From Gordius albopunctatus (Eukaryota), in NCBI GenBank assembly GCA_964276515.1, contig OZ193909.1:19964001-20028000 (forward strand): a stretch of 64,000 nucleotides of DNA. The letters are read 5' to 3'. The notes under the pieces were generated by a model. It saw only the letters and a program-made list of their open reading frames with translations, was not told where the DNA came from and searched no databases. Each line of letters opens with the position of its first letter. Position 1 is the stretch's first letter. The translations under genes were made by a program, and so were the position numbers. Positions 1 to 12,019 of this stretch are shown piece by piece.

Positions 1-2907
1 ACGTTCGTCCTCCGACCGCATTGTGGGGAGGCTGGAGGCATACACCACTTAGTAACTGGGTACATGGTTTCTGAAAATATTTCGCACGGCCTTTTACTGA
101 GAAAAGTGATTTCATATAATTTGTATTGTAACTAGATGTTTTAAATCAAATTGTTTACTTCTTTAAGGCTTACTTTTATTCAGTGTTTCTTTTACTTTTG
201 AAATGCTGACTATGTATGGGCGTGCCTAGATTGGGGTTAGAGGGGCAGCCGCTCCTCCCTGCCCCCCCCGACTACTTCCATGTGACTATGCATATACTTA
301 GTTCCTCGTGGATAAATTATATTGTATCGGTCATAATTCGAACGGCTTGGGGTCTCAGGGACCCCAATCGACCAACTGGAAAATTCTTTTTTGGATTGTG
401 ATAAATTTAAGCGTAAATTTGATATATTCTATTTTAAATATGTTCCCTTTTATCTTAATTTTAATTATGAAAATTTCAAATTTTAAACACAGGCACCCGT
501 CCTACAATACTTGTACTACCTAGCACAAATTGGGATAGCCATGTCGCCTTTGAGCAATAATTCCCTATTTTTGAACTATCACAAAAATCCTCTGCCCGAA
601 TATCTGGCCCGTGGCCTTTTGATTTCGCTCTCGACCGACGACCCCCTCCAATTTCACTTCACGAAAGTCTCATTAAATTTAAAAACCGTTTTTAGCTAAA
701 TTTTTACCAAAAAATGTAACTAAATATCATCGTTTAAATAAAGCATTACTAGTCATGATCGTTGTCAAATTAGTGTATTCGCAATGCCAATGCATTAATT
801 TATGGATAATATTTTGTAATACTTTTTTTAAATCTTGCAAAGTATAGTCTTATTTATAAATCCTTCCTATCAACCGTAACAAGCTATTTAGCAACTTTAA
901 AAATTGCCGCTTCTTCACTTTTTAGTGGTAAAATGGCTATTCTTGTTTTAAAATACGTTTAAAATGTTATTATAGGAACCATTGATGGAAGAATACAGTA
1001 TAGCTGCTCAGGTGTGGAAATTAACATCTACCGATATGTGTGAATTAGCTAGGAACAGCGTTCTAATGAGCGGGTTTCCTCACGAAGTACGCAAAATATC
1101 TTTTAATCTCTATTTTAGTTTTCATCATTTTTTCTTTTTGTTTTACGGCATTTAATTCCTTCTTTATATTACAACTTGTTCAAACACTTCCAGAGGTTTA
1201 TTTCCGAATAATTGTGTATGCTACGCGCTAGTATATATTGTATTTAATAGAGTTGTTAAAATGCTAACTTTCTTCAAACTTCAGACGAGATCACGCTCAC
1301 TGAATGGCTTAATATACGCGTTAGCACAATATGTGCTCGCTGTTCGGTGCACTAGGTAGAGCAGTAGCATATAAAAATGCTCGAGGGCCGAGCAGAAATT
1401 CGAGCAGATTGTAGCTGGAGTTGAAGAAAGTTAGCAATATAACAACTCTAGTATTTAACTATATTTTACCATTGGAGCATATAATTTTGGTTTTTTATGA
1501 TGGAACTTTGTGTTATAACTTTATATGTTTATCACTCGATTTTGAAGTCTAATTTGATTGAAGTTGACCATATAATCGAGATTTTCCTTTCTGTTTGAAA
1601 TTTCATTTTACCGGTCTTCATTTATAAAATCACGTGATTATGCACAGGTCAAATGTCATTGGTTGGGTCCTAATTATTTGAACGAAGGCACGACCCGCAA
1701 TGACATCACCAGGACCAATTTGCCGGACATTAGAGAGGCTTACAGATACGAAACGCTGCTGGCGGAACACGATAATGTGTACAAGGGATTGAATTTAAAG
1801 ATGCAAACCGCGGAGGCCGAGGGTTTTTATCTCTCATTCTTCTTCTTAGTGTTGTAGTAACGACGGGTTGGTTTTTGTTTGGTCGGCCTGGGGTTTTAGT
1901 CGACCCAACATAAAGAGACCAAGGGTTTTTTGCCTCGTCTCTTTTTCTTGGGGCTTGTCTTAATATCGGATTCAGATTCGAATCCAAATCGCGATTCATT
2001 TTCATGCGTCAAACTCGATTGTAATTATTAATATCTTGTTTTTTGATAGTTAAAACGTTTTATTTATTTATTTATCTCAACTCTTGAGATTAAATCTAAA
2101 CTTAGCTGATACCTAAAAATTTAAAAACAAACAACATTTAAGCTTAGGAAAAATTTTGCATCTCACAAAATCGCTGTTATGTTATGTTATGTTATGATGC
2201 GTCTGAAATGTGAATCTGCTGCCGCGAAATCGAAGTTAAGACACGGCTATGTTATAGCTCGTACGACGATTTATTAAGACAATCCCTTAGTCCCTTAAAT
2301 GGACCAAAGGTTCACATTTGTTTGGTCGTCCTTTGGTTTGAGTAAGACTAACGCTGCTCCACTTTGGTCTTTTTATGCGTAGTTGACTAAAACCAAAGGC
2401 CGAGGGGAAAAAACGAAGCCATTTTTGCGACATTGGTAATGATTGATACAACTAACGGGAGAATTTTAGCTATTTTCCATGTTATCTTATCGGTTTTAAC
2501 AATAATTTGAAGATTTGTGATACAAGAATCTACTTCATTATTTATCCCCCTTGCTACCACATGGCACCGGATTTTATTTTTGAACAAATTGCAAAACGTC
2601 GTTCAAAATTTAAATTATCCACTTCTTTTTCACGCGAGCAACCACTAGGGTTCCTTATCGTAGTGTTGTAAAACGACCTGGGCCTCGTTTGGTACACCCT
2701 AGGTTTTACTCGACTAAACATAACCAGACCAGAGCAGGTCAACCAAACGAAACCCGGGTGTTTATCCAACACTTGTGCCGCTCTCATCATCTTTATCCTT
2801 GTCTCCTAGATCCGATCCCAGCATCACCAGAAGCAGAAGAAGCATCATGCATAACTCTAAATCCTTTGCCGACTGCCTCCTCCTTTTTTTGTAAATTACG
2901 CTTATAG
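1..2907 (+). CDS. AMPD: AMP deaminase, 3' exons (gene starts before the window)
   Basis: Exons 1-105 ([11 protein letters not shown]...[11 protein letters not shown]), 493-666 ([26 protein letters not shown]...[14 protein letters not shown]), 976-1086 ([16 protein letters not shown]...[13 protein letters not shown]) and 1648-1822 (HWLGPNY...[15 protein letters not shown]) are joined in frame by GT-AG introns. A probable last exon 2810-2907 is phase-compatible but less certain; unspliced, the frame stops at 1857. Confidence 0.95.
1248..1450. mobile_element. hAT-type MITE in an AMPD intron
   Basis: ~30-bp TIR (TAGAGTTGTTAAAATGCTAACTTTCTTCAA...TTGAAGAAAGTTAGCAATATAACAACTCTA) and a perfect 8-bp TSD GTATTTAA. 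Confidence 0.92.
2661..2773. mobile_element. Short MITE, TAGTGTTG...CAACACTA family
   Basis: TIR TAGTGTTGTAAAA / CAACACT. Related copies lie at ~1848, 4561-4684, 7094-7290, 59533-59663 and 61807-61977. Confidence 0.65.
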
Positions 2908-3024
2908 AGAGAGAGATGTGTGTAACTTTCACTACCATTAAAATAAACTTTTTACCGAGGCAATGGGAATATTAAAATCTTTTTGACTTCAAGAGAGGGA
3001 GATACCTAGCCATGTGTTATACAC

Positions 3025-3230
3025 TAGAGTTGTTAAATTGCTAACTTTCTTCAAACGTCAGACGCGAGCTCATCCACTGAGTTGCTTAATATGCGCGTTA
3101 GCACAATATGTGCTCTCTGTTCGGTGCACTAGGCGGAGCAGTAGCATATAAAAATGCTCGAAGACCGAGCAGAAACTCGAGCAGATGGTAGCTGGAGTTG
3201 AAGAAAGTTAGCAATTTAACAACAACTCCA
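3025..3230. mobile_element. hAT-type MITE, second copy of the 1248-1450 family
   Basis: Same TIR and internal sequence; 8-bp TSD TTATACAC on both sides. Confidence 0.92.
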
Positions 3231-4878
3231 TTATACACTATTGAGTGCTATGCAATTTATGGGTTCGGTCCGTTGTCCAACTCGTAATTTTAGCATAATT
3301 GCCGTGGAAATGTTTAATGGATGCGGCGGGCTTATGCTCCTTGTGTAAAAGACTCGATTTTATTTCGCCTTTGCAAATAAACTAGCTAATGGTGACCGCT
3401 GGGGTTGGCTTTACTCTTAATATTCTTCTTGTGTCCGACTCATTATAAATGTTGTATATCGAATCATCTAATGCCTCAATTTGTTTTATACAGGTCCCGG
3501 GGTAGCGAGCATCCAAATCGGTGGAAAATGAAACGAGCATCCACATTACGTTGTCTGTCGTCTCAGAGCGCAGCACATTGACTTATCCCCGTACACAAAC
3601 GCACACGCACATTCATACACACAAATAATTACGCTAAATGTTATATTTTCAATAATATCCCTCTTATTCATTTCTTATACGCACCGGTTTCATAGAAAGA
3701 ATAGGGGTAGGCGAAGTGGTTGAATTATTTTGTTTTCATTAAATTCCTCAAAGTGGAATTATTATTTTTATGGATTTTGTATCGCTATATAATATCCAAT
3801 TCAATTATGCCATTTCGTTGTTCTTTTAATTTAACATACATCGAGTTTTAATTATATAAGAAGGGTGCACGTGATGGCCTTAGCCAGGCAGGATTGGGTT
3901 GGGGGTGGCAAATGATAATTTTTACTAATTTTAGCCATAATTTATATTAAATTTGGAAGAATTTTTGGATTTATAAGAGCAACCGCCCCTCCCTACTACC
4001 CCTTCCTGGCTTCGCCGATGAACCTGCACCTAGCTCTTTTAACATTCTTATTAGTTAGCTTTATATTGTGATGTCAAAAAGATTCAGTCTCTAAGCCTAG
4101 CCCCTCACACTCAATATATGATTATGACATTTATATGTGTAAACACAAAATAGATTTATTTTTCAGTAATATAATTTAAAATGATATTTATACAAATATT
4201 TATACGTAAAATAAATTATGTGAGCGTCACCTCGTGTTATCAGAGCAATTTATAATTTTGCGTTGGAATCGAGTTCATTAAGCATTTTTAAAAACTTAAT
4301 ATTAACTACTGAAATATATCAATAATTGATTTTTAGCTAAAGCAATGACCATTTTTGCCATAAAAATTTTATATTGATAAAAACAAATATATATTGAAAA
4401 TTAAGATTTAAAAAATTAAACTTTTGACGCCCTCAACTCTAAATTTTAAATAAATCTATATTAATATTTTCCAATATTTCCCTATCTATCTTTTTGTACG
4501 TTATTCTGTTAGGTGAAAAATTTTGCTAAGGGAATTAATTTTGCGTATTAGGCGCTCAAGTAGTGTTCTAAAAAAGGCAGGATTTTGTTTGAACGGTCTT
4601 CAGCTTTGGTCTTTTTTTTTACATTTCGACTAATTCTTGGGGCTCATTATGAAAAATAGACCATAAAACGTTTTTACAACACTACGCTTGTTGTTTGAGG
4701 TTGAATGCTTGACATTTTTTGAATTTATATCGTGGCAAATATAATGATTAAAGTTGGAAAAGGCGACATTTTTCTCATTGAGAACATTAATGAATATTAT
4801 TCTACCTTAAAAAAGGTGATTTCATTTGTCTTGTTGTGTAGGCTTTAAATTATGACTTTTTTAATAACCATGAAGTAA

Positions 4879-5019
4879 CATGGCGGCATAGGATGAGGCA
4901 GAATCCAAAAATTCTTTAAAATTCTTTAAAAATTATTGCTACAATTTCAAAAAATCATCATCTTGCCCTCTCTAAATCATTTTCGCCGCCCTCTTATTTC
5001 AAAACTGGCTACTCAAGTG
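4879..5019. mobile_element. G-tract hAT MITE (CATGGGCGTAGCC...GGCTACGCCCATG family)
   Basis: Degenerate TIRs with a perfect 8-bp TSD TGAAGTAA. More than 20 related copies in the window, e.g. 9360-9532, 17087-17246, 23592-23763, 36080-36244, 38043-38205, 53428-53539 and 62156-62295. Confidence 0.8.
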
Positions 5020-5102
5020 TGAAGTAACTAACCCATAAAATTGTTTTCTAAGCCTAACTCCGTCATTCTTTGCTTCAGAGCGGAATTTTCTTAAATTTCT
5101 GT

Positions 5103-5445
5103 CACAGGTCATCTTTGTTGCAAATTTTTCTGCCCGAACCTGGCCTGTCCGATATTATAACTAAGGCCCGAGCCCTTCTAAGTGCCAACCCAGTCCTGCC
5201 CGAAATATATTAGAGCTACCAAAACTGGTCAGCCAAAAATGATGTGATTTTTAATATTTTAGAAATGAAATCGTTGAATTTCGTAACAAAATTATATTTT
5301 GTTTATGATACAATCATATAAAAAAGTGACAAAATAATATACGAAAACCAAATATCACATTATTTAAAAATATCATTGAAAATTGAAATTTCAGACAGTT
5401 GCCCGTCTCGGCCCCTGGGTCGGGCGGAGGGTCTGAATTTTTTGA
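5103..5445. mobile_element. Degenerate hAT MITE related to 10032-10461
   Basis: Shares GCCCGAACC subterminal repeats and internal layout with the 10032-10461 element. Confidence 0.55.
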
Positions 5446-8400
5446 AAGATATTAGTTGAAATATATTACTTCTCGAGCGGTATTCATAGCAAAAGTTCTG
5501 TAACAAACCTTATTTCACAATTTATTAAGCTATTCTTTCAAATATTAAAAAGGACTTTTACACCAAATTGGGGATATAAATTATACAGACTTCGCCCCCC
5601 CCCTCTTATAGATAGCCCGTGCTAAACTAATTTTGTATGTAAATCGTGACAAAATGACAACAATAGGTATTCCCATTGAATCCAATTCTTCAACCTATGC
5701 TATGCTCACGTAAAATGTATGATTAAGCTTTCTACCAAAGCCAGAGATAAAAAGACTTTAACGAATTAGTGTCGTCCTCCTTTAAGTTTAAAGAGACTTT
5801 AATTAAAGGTCCTAGATTATATAGGGTAACTCGCCCCCCCCCCTCTCGCCTCGCCCGTCTCTTTAAAACAGACAATGGGATTTCTATTGAGGACTCCTCA
5901 CGTGAGTTGCAAAGCTTAATACTTATGCAAGAGCATTATTATAGGCGGTGTAATGAATGAATGAATGAATGGAAAATCTCATTGTGTGTCATGCAAATCT
6001 ACTCAATTGCAAGAGATAGATAGATATTCTGGTGACATATTATAATCCCGTGTTTACCTGGAATGGCATGTTATGAGTTGTGCTGCTGGAACCATGTTGA
6101 AAAGAAAGGATAATTAGAGGATTATGATGTGATTTAAATGGAGTTTAAAGAGGAATTAGGAAATTCATCTAGCCCCGCCCTACCCTCACCCCCCCCGTGC
6201 ACATACTATATAAATATATATATTGCTGCATATACTTATGTAGCTCAGCTAATTTGTGTTTGCTTTGTGTAATTTTTCTTCATACCTTTTATTTTCGGTT
6301 TATAACATGAGGTAGTAAATTTTATAATTCGGAACTTTTGGAGCATAGCAGCAGGTAATGTTCTTTGATTTTCTAAAATAAAACACCAGATAGATGGACG
6401 TTATGATGTTATTTCACGCGTTTTTCTCCCATTTTAAATGTAACATTTTAATTGCTATGCAATTTACGGGCTCGCTTTTTGTTCTCCGTCCGTCCTCTTC
6501 TGTCCAACTTGTATTGATTGCGATCGATTATGGTGCGATTTGGCCGGAAATCAGCTGACTTCTTAGTAATGGCACTTTGAGATTTCACCGATGTAGCTAA
6601 AATTAATTTGGTGGAATTTTTAGTGTCATAATTAAATGAGCAGCATTTTCACCTGTGGAGAACAATCTTATTTTATTTTTTAAAAAAATATAGTGTTGTT
6701 AAAAATTTTAAAAAAATCATTTGTAAGCTCTATTACAACCTAATTTAACCTCCGTTTTCCATGTATATGATGTTAATTTTTTTAACATTTTTGAATTTTA
6801 ATTTATTTATACAGATATATTAAATATTTACTTTAATTATGAATAAGACATGATTTTATTATATTTTATTAATATCGGGGCTGTGGAAAAAATTTTATCA
6901 AGTTCCATTGACAATCAATCAATAAATATTGGTTAAAAGAGTTTGGCATGGTTTTATTTATTCAAATATATAATAGATATATAAATAAACGTTCAGATAT
7001 ATTTTTAACGCGTATAAATTTCAGGCAACACAATGATTACACTACTACCCTATTCTCAAGATAACATAATAGTTTTTATAGGTACGAAGAACTAGTGTTG
7101 TCTTAATAACGGCTGGCTTAGGTTTAACACTAAGACCAACGCTGGTCTCTGGTCTGCCTTTCAAATTTAGGCTAAGCCTAGAGGTCTTCTAAGACAAACA
7201 GAGACCAAATAATAATCATTGATCTCATTATGTTTAGTCGATTAAAACCAAAGGTGGATCATACTAAACCCAGCCGCTTTCACAACTCAAAGTATGAACG
7301 ATTTATGGGTATTTGTTTGAATAGTTTTTAATACGATTTCAATATTTGAATCATTATGTTTAGATAAAATTAGGTATTTAACAAAATTTATTTAAAATCT
7401 AAAACTATTTTTGCTCGAGAAAATTAAAAAATAAAATTTAGGCGTTTTTGGAATGTTTACTAAATTTTACGGTGTAAATATGCATAAAATAAAGGTATAA
7501 TTTAAAAATTTAATTTTAAAAAAATAGGGAAACAAATCTCATTACTATCTCATGCCATGATAATCGGGAATCGTTTTTTATACGACAGAAAATCGGCATA
7601 ACTACTGTAAATATAATTCATTAGCCATAACCGAATGTTTTCCCAATATTTACGATTCTTAAATTTTTAATTTATTTGTTTCAACTTCCTTTATAAAAAT
7701 AATAAATGATTAATTTATATTTTTAAAAAAAATTCAAAAGCCTTTAAATCCAAAAATCTCTAAGTTTCATTTTGCCCCTCCGTGAATCCCTATCGCCCCT
7801 TCCTCTAAATCCAATTTTGGAATCGCCAAACCTATTATAATACATGAAAGTCCTTATAATTAATGAAGAAAAAATGTTTGAAACTTATAATAGAGTCGAA
7901 TTTACGAAGCATAGCTTATTGAGTGATTCTTGATTAACAAAATAGACTATCACTAATATACCTCCGCCACGCCCCTCTAATCCAAGAAATCATTAGCAAC
8001 CCCCCCCCCCCCCAGAAGCCCGCACAGACAAAAATATTCGGGGTTTCGGACTGGAGTCGGCCTGATGAAGTCAGACCCGAGGCCCCGAGCCCGGCCTGAA
8101 TCAAACCCAAGCCAAGCCATATATATAACTTATATAGATAGTATACAGCGAAAATTTAATATATAGCTGCACTAATTTTTGGAATATGGCTAATATCATT
8201 TATTTTAGTATTATTTCTATTATATATTTACTTAGTGACTATTAGGACTTTAAAATTAAAATAAATCTTATTTTGCTTAACCTGTTAAATTTAATTTATT
8301 AAAATTAATTTAAGTTTTTAAGTTCTCAACTAATTATTTAATCCAAACTTATTCTTTTAGATTAAAAAACTTCTAAATAATTTTTCAAAACTCGGGCCGG

Positions 8401-8572
8401 TCGGGTGAAAAATAAGAATTTTGGGCTAAGACAAGGTAAAAATAAGAACGTATCAATTTTATAATATTTAAGTCCGTCCCCTGAATTAGCAAATGACGGC
8501 TTTTAAAAATTTAATATGCAACGCAAAATTTCAAAATTGTTTGTATGAAAATTCAAAAAAAATTAAAAAATT

Positions 8573-8654
8573 CGACGAGGATGGGATTCGAACCCACGCG
8601 GGAAAATCCCAATGGATTAGCAGTCCATCGCCTTAACCACTCGGCCACCTCGTC
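8573..8654 (-). tRNA. tRNA-Ser(GCT)
   Basis: Reverse complement reads GACGAGGTGGCCGAGTGGTTAAGGCGATGGACTGCTAATCCATTGGGATTTTCCCGCGTGGGTTCGAATCCCATCCTCGTCG: full cloverleaf, GCT anticodon, long variable arm, A and B boxes, followed by a T-run terminator. Confidence 0.97.
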
Positions 8655-9359
8655 ATGTTGATGATTTGTTAAAATAACTTTATATATTATGATGGTTTTA
8701 TTTGATAGATGTATGTATGCATTTTTGTTATTAAAGCCCTTAAGTGGAATAATTGTAGTATTGAAAGAAAATGAGTAATACCAGTTTATGAATAATATAA
8801 CTGAAAGCGATATTCAATTCCATGTTTTGTGATTATTAGTCAAAGTTGATAGTTTCAAATTTCTATTATTAAATTAACCAGCTTAGTTTCTAACAGTCGT
8901 TGGTTTTGCAAATCCTTACCACTTGAAACACATTTAAAGTATAATAATAATAAATCTACAAAAGTTGAAATCCTAAATTTTCAGTAGCTTTATAAAAAAA
9001 ATCAGAGGGTATCTTAAATTGTGCATATTGGACTTATACTTTTTCTGCAGGATATTTGCCTAATATCTTATTTTTTAATTTTTATTGTTCTAAATTATTC
9101 ATGTGGCTATATTAATATGATTTTTGATTCATATTAAAATTAAACAGTTTGAACATCAAGTTGTACTATCATCTTTTGCTTATTTTTAATATTCTTTACT
9201 ATATATGAGTAAAAAAATATATTTATTTTGGTGCCATTAATATTATTTCTAGAATGGGTAAGAGTTTTAATGATAGCATTTACACTTATTGGATATAAAA
9301 ATTTGTAAATATTTAAGCTTTTATTAAGCTATATTTTTGGGATAAATGCCAACCTTAGT

Positions 9360-9532
9360 CATGGGCGTGGCCAGGGGGGGGGGGGTCAGGGAGGGGCTGC
9401 TGCCCTCATTTAAATCCAAAAATTTGTTGAAATTCATTAAAATTATGGGCAAACTTTTTAAAAATGTTCATTTTGCCCCTCCCCCCTAAATCATTATTGT
9501 CCCCTCTAATCCCAATGCTGGCTACGCTCATA
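9360..9532. mobile_element. G-tract hAT MITE copy
   Basis: Termini CATGGGCGTGGCCAG...CTGGCTACGCTCATA. Confidence 0.8.
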
Positions 9533-10031
9533 ACTTTAATATTTTATAAATAGTTCTAAGTTATTTATAAAATTTGATAATATGATGCTTTCTTGTTAAG
9601 TGATAAAGATCAAAAAAAAATTTAAAAAAACGAGAGGTTTTATGGTTTAGACCATAAAAATTTAGTTAAGTGACCAAAAATGTTTTTTAAGTCATATTAA
9701 ATATTGAATACCAACTAAATTGATGTATAAATTCAAGTTTTTATCGCCAATTATAAATTTAGAGCCTGTAAATATTTGCATCTTGCCAAAAATACATCGT
9801 TTAAATGGATAGGTAGGCCGGGGTCATACAAATAAAAAGTAACAACGATCATCATTAATTTGCAGGCAATTATTTAGCCAATTTCGCAATTATCTGTTAT
9901 TAAGCCACAACCTTGACAAGTTGCTAAAAAATTGCTATATAAGGGCAATGAGTCGGACACAAAAACAATAATGAAATTTGGGAGAGGTCGCTAGATGGTA
10001 TGCGAAAGCAAAATAAAAGTTTATTACAGAA

Positions 10032-10461
10032 CAGAGGTCAGATTTGTTACAATTTTTTTGCCCGAACCCGGCTCGGCCCGATTTTATAATTGATCTGCCC
10101 GCCCGAACCCTTCTATGTGTCCGCCCGGCAATGCCCGAATTATCCCAGCTGACCGGCCCGAAATGGTGTGTTTTAAAATTTTTAGCACTAATATCGTTAA
10201 ATTTTTTAAAAATTTTATCTTATTTTTTGATTTTTTTTAAATGAGAACTGGATTAACAAACATTATGAAATCAATTTAAAAAATGGCAAAATATACACAA
10301 AAACAATATAATATATTATTTTAAAAACAAAATTTGAGCCCGAATTGCCCGAATCTTGTTATGGTGCCCGCCCGGGGCCGCCCGAAAGTTAAAATTTACG
10401 ACAGTTGCCTGGTCCGTGGGCCGGGCGGGCAGCAGGTCGGGCCGGGCAAATCTGGTCTTTG
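10032..10461. mobile_element. hAT MITE nested in a HINE-like repeat
   Basis: TIR CAGAGGTCAGATTTG / CAAATCTGGTCTTTG, perfect TSD TTACAGAA, GCCCG subterminal repeats. The flanks (~9860-10031 and 10462-10570) join into a sequence homologous to ~61010-61305. Confidence 0.9.
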
Positions 10462-11086
10462 TTACAGAAGCATAAGTCCATAGCTATTAAAACCCCGTAT
10501 AAGTTTGCAGAGTTAAAAACAAGTTGTACAGGACGGAGAACCAGGAGTCAGCCCATAACTTGCATATCAATAAATAAATTTTGCTTCGCATTATAATTTA
10601 TCAATGTTAACTTGTTTAGAAACGATTAACATTAATTTTGTAGTCTTATTTGTTGGATAATAAAAATACGTTAAAAATCCTTAATTTTGTCTATTATCCT
10701 TTTGGTGGCTATAAAATGTAAGCTAAGTTATGATGTATAATTTAATATTGAGCGCAACGGTCCAAAAAATAATCATTTCAGTTTTAAATCAAATTTCGAC
10801 TCCATTTCCACTAGAGTTAAATCAAACGAAGTGAAAAAGATCTACGAAATTTTAAAAAGCTAAAAAGTATATTATATAATGGTTTAAAAATTCAAGAGCT
10901 ACTATGTTTTGCATTTTCAATTTATACATGGGTGTAGCTAGCATTGGGTTTGGAGAGGGGAAATAAATATTTTTTTTATTAATATTAAAAAGTTTATTTG
11001 TTAAAAATCCGTCGACAGTAATATATTTATAAATACATAAAATATAAAAGACAAAATGCGTCAAATGAAATAATACACTATTCTGA

Positions 11087-11340
11087 TCATATATCATCAT
11101 CGGGGGGATCTTCCAAAATTGGCCAAGAATCCGCGAACGATTTAAAATTGTACTTGGCTATAAGAATACCAAGTCGTTGTTTAAGTAAAAAGGATACCGA
11201 ATGTTTAGACGGGAGAGAACGTCTTCCTACCTCTTTAAAAAAAGCCAAGGCCTGTTTGCCAAAGGTGCCTGAATACGAAGCAACCAATGGAATAAAAATG
11301 TTTAAGGATAATAGGGCTTTGTATTAGCCATAATTTTAAT
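11087..11340 (-). mobile_element. 3' tail of an RLE-type (CRE-like) non-LTR retrotransposon
   Basis: FIPLVASYSGTFGKQALAFFKEVGRR...FLLKQRLGILIAKYN resembles the C-terminal restriction-like endonuclease segment of CRE-type LINEs. Confidence 0.65.
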
Positions 11341-11710
11341 AGACTATCTAATGGCCTAATATTTATTGATTAGAATTATCGATTTTTATCGATAATATTA
11401 GTTATACCCATCTCGTTTCCTAGCAATCAAGATACATTACCGAGAGGTAGTGGGGTGGGGAGTGCTTAAAAAGTTGTGTTTTATTATGTTTTTTATATTT
11501 CTAGTGTTTGCTAAAAAAATCATATACTTTTAAACACTTGATCTTAATAGGGGTAAGGGTAAATCACTAAGTTTAAAAACGGGTATATGTGCCAAAATCA
11601 AAAATATTTAAAATTAGGCGTGTAACAAACATTATATTATAATATTGCTATTATTATTATAATTATATAAAAGTGAGATAATCTTTAAATATCATCGATT
11701 AAGCCTTTAA

Positions 11711-12015
11711 CCCTCGAGAGCATTTGTGGGGTACCACGGACCTCACGATAGTTATAAACTTATAATATTAAAATTTAAAACTTACTTTATTAATGAATAA
11801 TTACTAGGATGGCTTAAAACCCAAAACCAATATAATTAAATTAATAATAATAATATAACTTAATAAATTGCAGAGTAATTAATAACAAACATCGACATGC
11901 AATGGCTCCGCTTTGCCTGTTACAACCGCGCATCTAAAAATGTCACAGGTATCAAAAGGATATCTCAAGTGCTAAATTGTTCTATTGGTCAGTACCAAGA
12001 GACGGTCTGTTAATA
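11711..12015 (-). mobile_element. Possible piggyBac 3'-end remnant
   Basis: TTAA|CCCT terminus at 11707-11714. The minus strand has decayed RPS...RCAV...PLHVDVCY, like a piggyBac Cys-rich C-terminus. Confidence 0.4.
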
Positions 12016-12019
12016 CATA

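Noticed and set aside
6240..6400. let-7 precursor gene
   Set aside because: No complementary star arm can be seen; kept only as a low-interest motif.
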